This document shows, one piece after another, positions 15,125-30,040 of a stretch of 64,000 bases of DNA. Source of the stretch: Octopus sinensis (lineage: Eukaryota). A model generated the notes under the pieces. The model made no database searches and was not told the DNA's origin. It worked only from the letters and a program-made list of their open reading frames with translations. The DNA lies in the NCBI RefSeq assembly GCF_006345805.1, contig NW_021832610.1, positions 1 through 64,000 on the forward strand, in the 5' to 3' direction. Numbering within the stretch: position 1 is the first letter of the stretch; every line of letters begins with the position of its first letter. The translations under genes and the position numbers were made by a program.

Positions 15125-16897
15125 ATGTCAGGAATGTCATTACCGTCTTTGATCTCTGTCGCCCTCTCTTTGATCTCTGTCGGCACCGTCTTTGATCTCT
15201 GGAATGTCAGGAATGTCTGGAATGTCCGGAATGTCAGGAATGTCTGGAATCAAACACGGTGCCGACAGAAATTAAGCACGATGCCGGCAGATATCAAAAA
15301 CGGTACTGGCATTCCTGACATCCCACACATTCCAGACATTCCGGACATTCCAGACATTCCAGAAATTCCAGACATTCCTGGCATTCCAGACATTCCTGAC
15401 ATTCCAGACATTCCACATATTCCACACATTGCAGACATTCCTGACATTTCAGGCATTCCAGACATTCCTGACATTCCTGAGATCAAAGACTGTGACGACA
15501 GAGATCAAAAAGGGTAACGAAAGAGATCAAAGAGCGTGCCGAAAGAGATCAAAGAGCGTTCCGTCTGAGATCAAAGAGAGTGCCGACATAGATCAGCGAC
15601 GGTTGCCGACATATATCAAAGATAGTGCCGACAGAGATCAAAGAGGGTGCCGACAGAGATCAAAGAGGGTGCCGAAGTGATCAAAGAGCGTGCCGACAGA
15701 GATCAAAGAGAGTGTCGACAGAGATCAAAGACGGTGTCGACGGAGATCAAAGAGGATGCCGAAGAGATCAAAGAGAGGACCGAATAGATCAAAGAGGGTG
15801 CTGACAGAGATCAAGACGGTGCTGACATTCTTGACTTTCCTGACATTCCTGAAAATTCAGACATTCATGACATTCAGACATTCCAGGCATTCATGACATT
15901 CCAGAAATTCCAGACAAGCATGACATTCCAGACATTCCTGACATTCCACACATTCGTCACATTCAAGACATTCCTGACATTCCAGATAATCCAGACATTC
16001 CGGACATTCCAGACTTCCAGATATTCCAGACATTCCTGACATTCCAGAGATCAAAGACGGTGCCGACAGAGATCAAACACGGTGCCGACAGAGATCAAAG
16101 ACGGTACTGACATTCCTGACGTTCCACACATAATCCAGACATTCCGGACATTCCAGACATTCCTGACATTCCAGACATTCCTGACATTCCAGATATTCCG
16201 GACATTCCAGATATTTCCGACATTCCTTACATTCCAGAGATCAAACACGGTGCCGACAGAGATCAAAGAGGGAGCAGACAGAGATCAAACACGGTGCCAA
16301 CAGAGATCAAAGACGGTACTGACATTCCTGACATTCCACACATTCCACACATTCCACACATTCCACACATTCCAGACATTCGTGACATTCCAGACATTCC
16401 AGATATTCCAGACATTCCTGACATTCCAGACATTCCACACATTCCTGATATTCCTGACATTCCTGATATTCCTGACATTCCTGACATTCCAGACATTCAT
16501 GACATTCCAGACATTCCTGACATTCCAGACATTAAAGATATTCCAGACTTCCTGACATTCCAGAGATCAAAAACGGTGCCGACAGAGACCAAAAAGAGGG
16601 CCGACAGAGATCAAACACGGTGCCTACAGAAATCAAAGAGGGTAGTGACATTCCTGACATTCCACACGTTCCTGACACACCAGACATCCTGACATTCCAG
16701 ACATTCCTGACATTCAAGACATCCAGATATTCCAGACATTCCTGACATTCCAGAGATCAAAGACTGTGCCGACAGAGATCAAAGAGAGGGCCGACAGAGA
16801 TCAAGCACGGTGCTGACAGAGATCAAAGACGGTACTGACATTCCTGACATTCCACACATTCCTGACATTCCAGACATTCCTGACATTCCAGACATTC
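15125..16897 (+). repeat. Satellite B block copy 3 (with the same inverted ~125-bp head)
   Basis: Same A|B and B|C junctions as copy 1; carries extra 1-bp indels. Confidence 0.92.
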
Positions 16898-19800
16898 TAA
16901 AAATAGTAATAATAAACTAAAAATAGGACAAAAAAAACTAAAAATAGAACAGCAGCTAAAATAGTACAAGTAAACTAAAATTAGAACAGCAACAAAAAAT
17001 TGAACAAATAAACTTAAAATAGCACAGCAACTAAAAATAGAACAGCAACTAAGATAGAACAAATAAAATAACTAAAAATAGAACAGCAACTAAAAATGGA
17101 ACAAATAAACTAAAAATAGAACAGCGACTAAAAATAGAACAAATAAACTAAAAATAGAACAGCAAGTAAAATTAGGACAAATAAACTTAAAATAGAACAA
17201 ATAAATTAAAAATAGGACAAATAAACTAAAAATAGGACAAATAAACTCAAAATAGGACAAATAAATTAAAATTGGACAAATAAACTAAAAATAGAACAGC
17301 GACTCAAAATAGAACAAATAAACTAAAGATAGAACAGCAACTAAAAATAGAACAGCAACTAAAAATAGAACAAATAAACTAAAAATAGAACAGCAACTAA
17401 AAATATAACAGCAACTAAAAATAGGACAAATAAACTAAAAATAGAACAGCAACTAAAAATAGGACAAATAAACTAAAAATAGAACAAATAAACTAAAAAT
17501 AGAACAGCAACTAAAAATAGAACAGCAAGTAAAAACAGAACAGCAACTAAAAATAGAACAGCAAGTAAAAATAGAACAGCAACTAAAAATAGAACAAATA
17601 AACTAAAAATAGAACAGCAACTAAAAATAGAACAAATAAACTAAAAATAGAACAAATAAATTTAAAATAGGACAAATAAACTAAAAATAGGACAAATAAA
17701 CTCAAAATAGGACAAAAAACTAAAAATTGGACAAATAAACTAAAAATAGAACAGCAACTAAAAATACAACAAATAAACTAAAGATAGAAGAGCAACTAAA
17801 AATAGAACAGCAACTAAAATAGAACAAATAAACTAAAAATAGAACAGCAACTAAAAATATAAACTAAAAATAGAACAGCCACTAAAAATAGAACAAATAA
17901 ACTAAAAATAGAACAGCAACTAAAAATAGAACAGCAACTAAAAATAGGACAAATAAACTAAAAATAGAACAGCAACTAAAAATACAACAAATAAAAATTG
18001 GACAAATAAACTAAAAATAGAACAGCGACTCAAAATAGAACAAATAACTAAGATAGAACAGCAACTAAAAATAGAACAGCAACTAAAAATAGAACAAATA
18101 AACTAAAAATAGAACAGCAACTAAAAATATAACAGCAACTAAAAATAGGACAAATAAACTAAAAATAGAACAGCAACTAAAAATAGGACAAATAAACTAA
18201 AAATAGAACAAATAAACTAAAAATAGAACAGCAACTAAAAATAGAACAGCAAGTAAAAATAGAACAGCAACTAAAAATAGAACAGCAATTAAAAATAGAA
18301 CAGCAATTAAAAATAGAACAGCAACTAAAAATAGAACAAATAAACTAAAAATAGAACAAATAAATTAAAAATAGGACACAATAAACTAAAAATAGGACAA
18401 TAAACTAAAAATAGGACAAAAAACTAAAAATTGGACAAATAAACTAAAAATAGAACAAATAAATTGAAAATAGAACAAATAAACTAAAAATAGAACAGCA
18501 ACTAAAAATAGAACAGCAACTAAAAATAGGACAAATAAACTTAAAATAGAACAGCAACTAAAAATACAACAAATAAACTAAAGATAGAAGAGCAACTAAA
18601 AATAGAACAGCAACTAAAAATAGAACAAATAAACTAAAAATAGAACAGCAACTAAAAATATAACAGCAACTAAAAATAGAACAGCATGTAAAAATAGAAC
18701 AGCAACTAAAAATAGAACAGCAATTAAAAATAGAACAGCAACTAAAAATAGAACAAATAAACTAAAAATAGAACAGCAACTAAAAATAGAACAAATAAAC
18801 TAAAAATAGAAGAAATAAATTTAAAATAGGACAAATAAACTAAAAATAGTACAAATAAACTCAAAATAGGACAAAAAACTAAAAATTGGACAAATAAACT
18901 AAAAATAGAACAAATAAATTGAAAATAGACAAATAACTAAAATTGGACAAATAAACTAAAAATAGGACAAAAAACTAAATTTGGACAAATAAACTAAAAA
19001 TAGAACAGCAACTAAAAATAGAACAGCAACTAAAATTAGAACAAATAAACTAAAAATAGAACAGCAACTAAAAATATAACAGCAACTAAAAATAGGACAA
19101 ATAAACTAAAAATAGAACAGCAACTAAAAATAGGACAAATAAACTAAAAATAGAACAAATAAACTAAAAATAGAACAGCAACTAAAAATAGAACAGCAAC
19201 TGAAAATAGAACAGCAACTAAAATTAGAACAGCAACTAAAAATAGAACAGCAACTAAAAATATAACAGCAACTAAAAATAGGACAAATAAACTAAAAATA
19301 GAACAAATAAACTAAAAATAGAACAAATAAACTAAAAATAGAACAGCAACTAAAAATAGAACAGCAAGTAAAAATGGAACAGCAACTAAAAATAGAACAG
19401 CAATTAAAAATAGAACAGCAACTAAAAATAGAACAAATAAACTAAAAATAGAACAGCAACTAAAAATAGAACCAATAAACTAAAAATAGAACAAATAAAT
19501 TAAAAATAGGACAAATAAACTAAAAATAGGACAAATAAACTCAAAATAGTACAAATAAACTAAAAATTGGACAAATAAACTAAAAATAGAACAGCGACTA
19601 AAAATAGAACAAATAAACTAAAAATAGAACAGCAACTAAAAATAGAACAGCAACTAAAAATAGGACAAATAAACTAAAAATAGAACAGCAACTAAATATA
19701 CAACAAATAAACTAAAGATAGAACAGCAACTAAAAATAGAACAAATAAACTAAAAATAGAACAAATAAATTTAAAATAGGACAAATAAACTAAAAATAGG

Positions 19801-20748
19801 ACAAATAAACTCAAAATAGGACAAATAAACTAAAAATTGGACAAATAAACAAAAATAGAACAGCGACTAAAAATAGAACAAAAAAACTAAAATAGAACAG
19901 CAACTAAAAAATAGACAAAAAACTAAAAATAGAACAGCAACTAAAAATAGAACAACAACTAAAATAGAACAATAAACTAAAAATAACAGCAACTAAAAAT
20001 ATAACAGCATCTAAAAATAGGACAAATAAACTAAAAATAGAACAGCAACTAAAAATAGGACAAATAAACTAAAAATAGAACAATAAACTAAAAATAGAAC
20101 AGCAACTAAAAATAGAACAGCAAGTAAAAATAGAACAGCAACTAAAAATAGAACAGCAATTAAAAATAGAACAGCAACTAAAAATAGAACAAATAACTAA
20201 AAATAGAACAGCAACTAAAAATAGAACAAATAAACTAAAAATAGAACATAAACTAAAAATAGGACAAATAAACTAAAAATAGAACAAATAAACTTAAAAT
20301 AGAACAATAAATTAAAAATAGGACGAATAAACTAAAAATAGGACAAATAAACTCAAAATAGGACAAATAACTAAAAATAGGACAAATAACTAAAAATAGA
20401 ACAGCGACTAAAAGTAGAACAAATAAACTAAAATAGAACAGCAACTAAAAATAGAACAGCAACTAAAAATAGAACAAATAAACTAAAAATAGAACAGCAA
20501 CTAAAAATAGAACAGCAACTAAAAATAGGACAAATAAACTAAAAATAGAACAAATAAACTAAAAATAGAACAGCAACTAAAAATAGGACAAATAAACTAA
20601 AAATAGAACAAATAAACTAAAAATAGAACAGCAACTAAAAATAGAACAGCAAGTAAAAATAGAACAGCAAGTAAAAATAGAACAGCAAGTAAAAATAGAA
20701 CAGCAACTAAAAATAGAACAAATAAACTAAAAATAGAACAGCAACTAA
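16898..20748 (+). repeat. Satellite C array (~3.85 kb)
   Basis: Tandem 18/20-bp A-rich units. Confidence 0.95.
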
Positions 20749-20788
20749 AAACCGGTTTAAACTAGTTCAAACCGGTTCAAACTGGTTC
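20749..20788 (+). other. Linker J: four in-phase 10-bp near-palindromes (AAACCGGTTT AAACTAGTTC AAACCGGTTC AAACTGGTTC)
   Basis: Read directly at the C/D boundary; exact reverse complement at 37982-38021. Confidence 0.9.
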
Positions 20789-21563
20789 CAATCTATAAAT
20801 GGTATCTATAATAGAATCTATAATAGAATCTATAAATAGAATGTGTAAATAGAATCTATAATAGTATCTATAAATAAAATCTATAAATAAATAATAAATA
20901 AATAAATAAGTAAATAAAGAAAGAAAGAAAGAATAGAATCTATAAAGAGAATCTATAAATAGAAACTATAATAGAATCTATAAATAGAATCTATAAATAG
21001 TATATATAACTAAATAAATAAATAGAATCTATAAATAGAATCTATAAATAGAATCTATAAATAGAATCTATAAATAAATATATAAATAAGTAAATAAATA
21101 AATAAATAGAATCTATAAAGAGAATTTATAAATAGAATCTATAAATAGAATCTATAAATAGAATCTATAAATAGAATCTATAAATAGAATCTATAAATAA
21201 ATAAATAAATAGAATCTATAAATAGAATCTATAAATAGAATCTATAAATATAATCTATAAATAGAACCTATAAATAAATAAATAATAAATAAATAAATAG
21301 AATCTATAAATAGAATCTCTAAATAGAATCTATAAATTAAATCTATAAATAGAATCAATGAATAGAATCTATACATAATAAATAAATAAATAATAGAATC
21401 TATAAATAGAATCAATAATAGAATCTATAAATAAATAATAAATAAATAAATAGAATCTATAAATAGAATCTATAAATAAAATCTATAAATAGAATCTATG
21501 AATAGAATCTATAAATAGTATCTATAAATAGAATCATTAAATAGTATCTATAAATAGAATCTA

Positions 21564-21602
<39 letters not shown>

Positions 21603-24026
21603 AAAGAATCTATAAATAGAATCTATAAATAGAATCTATAAATAAATAAATAAATAAATAAATAAATATAATCTATAAATAGAATATATAAATAGAATCT
21701 ATAAAAAGAATCTATAATAGAATCAATAAATAGAATCTATAATAAATAAATAAATAAATAGAATCTAAAAATAGAATCTATAAATAGAACTATAAATAAA
21801 TAAATAAATAATAAATAAATGAATAGAATCTATAAATAGAATCTATAAATAGAATCTTTAAATAGATAAATAAATAAATAAATAGAATCTATAAATAGAA
21901 TCAATAAATAGAATCTATAAATAGAAACTATGAATAGAATCTATGAATAGAATCTCTAAATAGAATCTATAAATAAATAAATAAATAAATAAATAAATAG
22001 AATCGATAAATAGAATCTATAAATAGAATCTATAAATAGAATCTATAAATAGAATCTATAAATAAATAAATAAATAAATAAATAGATAGAATCTATAAAT
22101 AGAATCCTTAAATAGAATCTATAAATAGAATCTATAAATAGAATCATTAAATAGAATCTATAGATAAATAAATAAATAAATAAATAGAATCTATAAATAG
22201 AATCTATAAATAGAATCTATGAATAGAATCTATAAATAGAATCTATAAATGGATAAATAAATTAATAGAATCTATAAATAGAATCTATAAATAGAATCTA
22301 TAAATAGAATCTATAAATAGAATCTATGAATAGAATGTATAAATAGAAGCTATAAATAAATAAATAAATAAATAAATAAATAGAATCTATAAATAGAATC
22401 TATAAATAGAATCTATAAATAGAATCTATAAATAGAATCAATAAATATAATCTATAAATAAATAAATAAATAAATAAATAGAATCAATAAATAAAATCTA
22501 TAAATAAATAAATAAATAAATAAATGAATAAATAAAAAGAATCTATAAATAGAATCTATAAATAAAATCTATAAATAAATAAATAAATAAATAAATAAAT
22601 AGAATCTATAAATAGAATCTATTAATAGAATCTATAAAAGGAATCTATAAATAGAATCAATAAATAGAATCTATAAATAAATAAATAAATAAATAAATAG
22701 AATCTAAAAATAGAATCTATAAATAGAATCTATAAATAAATAAAAAAATAAATAAATAAATAAATAGAATCTATAAATAGAATCTATAAATAGAATCCAT
22801 AAATAGAATCTATAAAGAGAATCAATAAATAGAATCTATAAATAAATAAATAAATAAATAAATAGAATCTATAAATAGAATCAATAAATAGAATCTATAA
22901 ATAGAATCTATAAATAAAGAATAAATAAATAAATAGAATCTATAAATAGAATCTATAAAAAGAATCTATAAATAAATAAATAAATAGAATCTATAATAAA
23001 TAAATAAATAGCATCTATAAATAACAAAATAAATAAATAAATGGAATCTATAAATAAATAAATAAATAAATAAAAAGAATCTATAAAAAGAATCTATAAA
23101 TAGAATCTATAAATAGAATCTATAAATAGTATCTGTAATAGAATCATAAATAGAATCTATAATAGAATCTATAATAAATAAATAAATAAATAAATAAATA
23201 AATAGTATCTATAAATAGAATCTATAAATAGAAACTATAAATAGTATCTATAAATAGAATCTCTAAATGAATAAATAAATAAATAAATATATAAATACAT
23301 GAATAGAATCTATAAATAGAATCAATAAATAGAATCTATAAATAAATAAATGCATGAATAGAATCTATAAATAGAATCTATAAATAGAATCTATAAGTAA
23401 GAAAATAAATAAATAAATAAATAAATAAATAGAATCTATAAATAGAATCTATAAATAGAATCTATAAATAGAATCTATAAATAGAATCTATAAATAAATA
23501 AATAAATAAATAAATAGTATCTATAAATAGAATCTATAAATAGAATCTATAAATAGAATCTATAAATAGAATCCATAAATAGAATCTATAAATAAATAAA
23601 TAAATAAATAAATAAATACATGAATAGAATCTATAAATAGAATCAATAAATAGAATCTATAAATAAATAAATAAATACATCAATAGAATCTATAAATAGA
23701 ATCATTAAATAGTATCTATAAATAGAATCTATAAATAAATAAATAAATAAATAATAAATACATGAATAGAATCTATAAATAGAATCTATAAATAGAATCT
23801 ATAAATAGAATCTATAACTAGAATCTATGAATAAATAAATAAATAAATAAATAAATAAATAGAATCTATAAATATAATGTATAAATAGAATCTATTAATA
23901 GAATCTATAAATGGAATCTATAAATAGAATCTATAAATAGAATCAATAAATAGAATCTATAAATAAATAAATAAATAGAATCTAGAAATAGGATCAATAA
24001 ATAGAATCTATAAATAAATAAAAAAA

Positions 24027-24061
<35 letters not shown>

Positions 24062-24350
24062 ATAGAATCTATAAATAGAATCTATAAATAGAATCTATAA
24101 ATAAATAAATAAAAAAATAAATAAATAAATAGAATCTATAAATAGAATCTATAAATAGAATCTATAAATAGAATCTATAAATAAATAAATAAATAAATAG
24201 AATCTATAAATAAATAAATAAATATTTAAATGGAATCTATAAATAAATAAATAAATAGAATCTATAATAGAATCTATAAATATAATGTATAAATAGAATC
24301 TATTAATAGAATCTATAAATAGAATCTATAAAAAATAAATAAATAAATAC
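20789..24350 (+). repeat. Satellite D array (~3.56 kb)
   Basis: AATAGAATCTATA units interspersed with (AAAT)n. Confidence 0.95.
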
Positions 24351-27300
24351 ATGAATTTGCATATATATAGATAATTTGCACATATATATACATAATTTGC
24401 ATATATATACATAATTTGCATATATCTATACATAATTTGCATATATATATACATAATTTGCATATATATGCATAATTGGCATATATATATACATAATTTG
24501 CATATATATATAGATAATTTGCATACATATATATACATAATTTGCATATATATATACATAATTTGCATATATATATACATAAGTTGCATATATATATATA
24601 TATATACATAATTTGCATATATATATACATAATTTGCATATATATACATAATTTGCATCTATATATACATAATTTGCATATATATATACATAATTTACAT
24701 GTATATATATATATATATATAATTTGTATATATATATATATAATTTGCATATATATATACATTATTTGCAAAAATAAGTACATAATATGCATATATATGT
24801 ACATAATTTGCATATATATATACATAGTTTGCATATATTTATACATAATTAGCATATATATACATAAAATGCATATACATATATAAACATAAGTTGGAGA
24901 TATATATACATAATTTGGATATATATATACATAATTTGCAAAAATAAATACATACTTTCAATATATATGTACATAATTTGCATATATATATATATATACG
25001 TAATTTGCATATATATATACATAATTTGCATATATATATACATAATTTGCATATATATATATATATAAATAATTTGCATATATATATACATAATTTGCAT
25101 ATATATATACATAATTTGCATATATATATACATAATTTGCATATATATTTACATAATTTGCATATATATATATACATAATTTGCATATATATATATACAT
25201 ATATATATATAAATTATGTATATATATATGCAAATTATGTATATATATATGCAAATTATGTACATACATATGCAAATTATGTACATATATATGCAAATTA
25301 TGTATTTATTTTTGCAAATAATGTGTATATATATGAAAATTATGTATATATATATGCAAATTATGTATATATATATATGCAAATTATGTATATATATGCA
25401 AATATGTAAATATATATGCAAATTATGTATATATATATGCAAATTATGTATATATATATGCAAATTATGTTTAGATATATGCAAATTATGTATATATATA
25501 TATATATATATAATTATATATAGCAAATTATATATATATATATATATGCAAATTATGTATATATATATATGCAAATTATGTATTTATATCTGCAAATTAT
25601 GTGTATATATATGCAAATTATGTATATATATATGAAAATTATGTATATATATATATGCAAATTATGTATATATATATATATGCAAATTATGTATATATAT
25701 ATGCAAATTATGTATATATATATATGCAAATTATGTATATATATATGCAAATTATGTATATATATATGCAAATTATGTATATATATGCAAATTACGTATA
25801 TATGCAAATTATGTATAGATATATGCAAATTATGAATATATATATGCAAATTATGTATATATATATGCAAATTATGTATATATATATATGCAAATTATGT
25901 ACATATATATGCAAATTATGTATATATATATATATGCAAATTATGTATATATATAAGCAAATTATGTATATATATATATGCAAATAATGTATATATATGC
26001 CAATTATGTATATATATATACAAATTATGTATATATATGCAAATATGTATATATATATGCAAAATATGTACATATATATGCAATTATGGATATATATATG
26101 CAATTATGTATATATATATGTAAATTCTATATATATATGCAAAGTATGTATATATATGCAAATTATGTATATAATGCAAATTATGTGTATATATATGCAA
26201 ATTATGTATATATATATATATATATGCAATTAAGTATATATATGCAAATTATGTATATATATATGCAAATTATGTATATATATGCAAATTATGTATATAT
26301 ATGTATGCAAATTACGTACATATATATATATGCAAATTATGTATATATATATGCAAATTATGTATATATATATGCAAATTATGTATATATATGCAAATTA
26401 TGTATATATATATGCAAATTATGAATATATGTATGCAAATTATGTATATATATGCAAATTATGTATATATATATATGCAAATTATGTATATATATATGCA
26501 AATTATGTATATATATAAGCAAATTATGTATATATATATGCAAATTATGTATATACATATATGCAAATAATGTATGTATAAGCCAATTATCTATATATAT
26601 ATACAAATTATGTATATATATCTGCAATTTATGTATATATATATGCAAATTATGTACATATATATGCAAATTATGTATATATATATGCAAATTATGTATT
26701 TATATGAAAATTATGTATATATATGCAAATTATGTATATATATGCAAATTATGTATATATATATGCAAATTATGTATATATATGCAAATTATGTATATAT
26801 ATGCAAATTATGTATATATATGCAAATTATGTATATATATATATGCAAATTATGTATATATATATATGCAAATTATGTATATATATATGCAAATTATGTA
26901 TATATATATGCAAATTATGTATATATATATGCAAATTATGTATACATATATGCAAATTATGCATATATATATATGCAAATCATGTATATATAGATGCAAA
27001 TTATGTATATATATGCAAATTATCTATATATATATGCAAATTATGTGTATATATATATATATATGCAACTTATGTATATATATATGCAAATTATGTATAT
27101 ATATATATGCAAATTATCTATATATATATGCAAATTATGTATATATATATGCCAATTATGCATATATATGCAAATTATGTATAGATATATGCAAATTATG
27201 TATATATATGCAAATTAGGTATATATATATGCAAATTATGTATATATATATGCAAATTATGTATATATTATGCAAATTATGTAATATATATGCAAATTAT

Positions 27301-28683
27301 TTATATATATATATATGCAAAATATGTATATATATATGCAAATTATCTATATATATATGCAAATTATGTATATATATATGCCAATTATGCATATACATGC
27401 AAATTATGTATATATATGCAAATTATGTATAGATATATGCAAATTATGTATATATATGCAAATTATGTATATATATGTGCAAATTATGTATATATATGCA
27501 AATCATGTATATATATGCAAATTATGTATATATATATATGCAAATTTTGTATATATATTTGCAAATTATGTATATTTATATGCAAATTATGTATATATAT
27601 ATATATATAATTATATATAGCATATTATATATATATATATATGCAAATTATCTATATATATATGCAAATTATGTATATATATATGCCAATTATGCATATA
27701 TATGCAAATTATGTATATATATATACATAATTTGAATATATATATACATAATTTGAATATATATACATAATTTGCATATATATATACATAATTTGCATAT
27801 ATATACATAATTTGCATATATATATATACATTATATGCATATATATATATATACAAAATTTGCATATATATATACATAATTTGCATATATATATACATAA
27901 TTTGCATATATATATACATAATTTGCATATATATATACATAATTTGCATAAATATATATACATAATTTTCATATATATATGCATAATTTGCATATATATA
28001 TACATAATTTGCATATATATATACATAATTTGCATATATATATACATAATTTGCATATATATATACATAATTTGCATATATATATATACATAATTTGCAT
28101 ATATATATATACATAATTTGCATATATATACATAATTTGCATATATATACATAATTTGCATATATATACATAATTTGCATATATATACATAATTTGCATA
28201 TATATACATAATTTGCATATATATACATAATTTTCATATAAATACATAATTTGCATATATATATACATAATTTGCATATATATGTATATAATTTGCATAT
28301 ATATATACATAAATTGCATATATATATACATAATTTGCATATATATATACATAATTTGCATATATATATACAAATTATGTATATATATGCAAATTATGTA
28401 TATATATATGCAAATTATGTATATATATATATATATATATATGCAACTTATGTATATATATATATGCAAATTATGTATATATATATGCAAATTATGTATA
28501 TATATATATGCAAATTATCTATATATATATGCAAATTATGTATATATATATGCCAATTATGCATATATATGCAAATTATGTATATATATATGCAAATTAT
28601 GTATAGATATATGCAAATTATGTATATATATGCAAATTATGTATATATATGTGCAAATTATGTATATATACGCAAATTCATGT
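24351..28683. repeat. Satellite A block with three orientation switches (-,+,-,+ at ~25200, ~27720, ~28365)
   Basis: Alternating ACATAATTTGC and GCAAATTATGT tracts; D|A junction ATACATGAATTTGC and its reverse complement at the two ends. Confidence 0.92.
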
Positions 28684-28909
28684 ATTTATTTATTTATTTA
28701 TTTATTTATAGATTCTATTTATAGATACTATTTAATGATTCTATTTATAGATACTATTTATAGATTCTATTTATAGATTCTATTTATTTATTTATTTATA
28801 GATTCCATTTTAATATTTATTTATTTATTTATAGATTCTATTTATTTATTTATTTATTTATAGATTCTATTTATAGATTCTATTTATAGATTCTATTTAT
28901 AGATTCTAT

Positions 28910-28948
<39 letters not shown>

Positions 28949-28984
28949 TAGATTCTATTTATAGATTCTATTTATATATTCTAT

Positions 28985-29015
<31 letters not shown>

Positions 29016-30040
29016 TTTTTTTATTTATTTATAGATTCTATTTATTGATCCTATTTATAGATTCTATTTATTTATTTATTTATAGATTCTATTTATTGAT
29101 TCTATTTATAGATTCTATTTATAGATTCCATTTATAGATTCTATTAATAGATTCTATTTATAGATTATATTTATAGATTCTATTTATTTATTTATTTATT
29201 TATTTATTTATAGATTCTAGTTATAGATTCTATTTATAGATTCTATTTATAGATTCTTTTTATAGATTCTATTCATGTATTTATTTATTTATTTATTTAT
29301 AGATTCTATTTATAGATACTATTTAATGATTCTATTTATAGATTCTATTGATGTATTTTTTTATTTATTTATTGATTCTATTTATTGATTCCATATATTT
29401 ATTTATTTATTTATTTATTGATTCTATATATTATTTATTTATTTATTTATTTATAGATTCTATTTATGGATTCTAGTTATAGATTCTATTTATAGATTCT
29501 ATTTATAGATTCTATTTATAGATACTATTTATTTATTTATTTATTTATTTATAGATTCTATTTATAGATTCTATTTATAGATTCTATTTATAGATTCTAT
29601 TTATCTATTTATTTATTTATTTATAAATAGAATCTATTAATAGAAACTATAAATGGAGTCTATAAATAGAATCTATAAATAGAATCAATAAATAGAATCT
29701 ATAAATAAATAAATAAATAGAATCTATAAATAGGATCAATAAATAGAATCTATAATAAATAAAAAAATAAATAATAAATAAATAAATAAATAAAAAAATT
29801 AATAAATAGAATCTATAATAGAATCTATAAATAGATCTATAAATAAATAAATAAAAAAATAAATAAATAAATAGAATCTATAATAGAATCTATAAATAGA
29901 ATCTATAAATAGATCTATAAATAAATAAATAAATAGAATCTATCAATAAATAAAGAAATATTTAAATGGAATCTATAAATAAATAAATAAATAGAATCTA
30001 TAAATAGAATCTATAAATAAATAAATAAATAAATAAATAC
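28684..30040. repeat. Satellite D, inverted (28684-29623) then forward (29624-30040)
   Basis: Orientation flips at the palindrome TATTTATAAATA (29618-29629). Confidence 0.92.
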
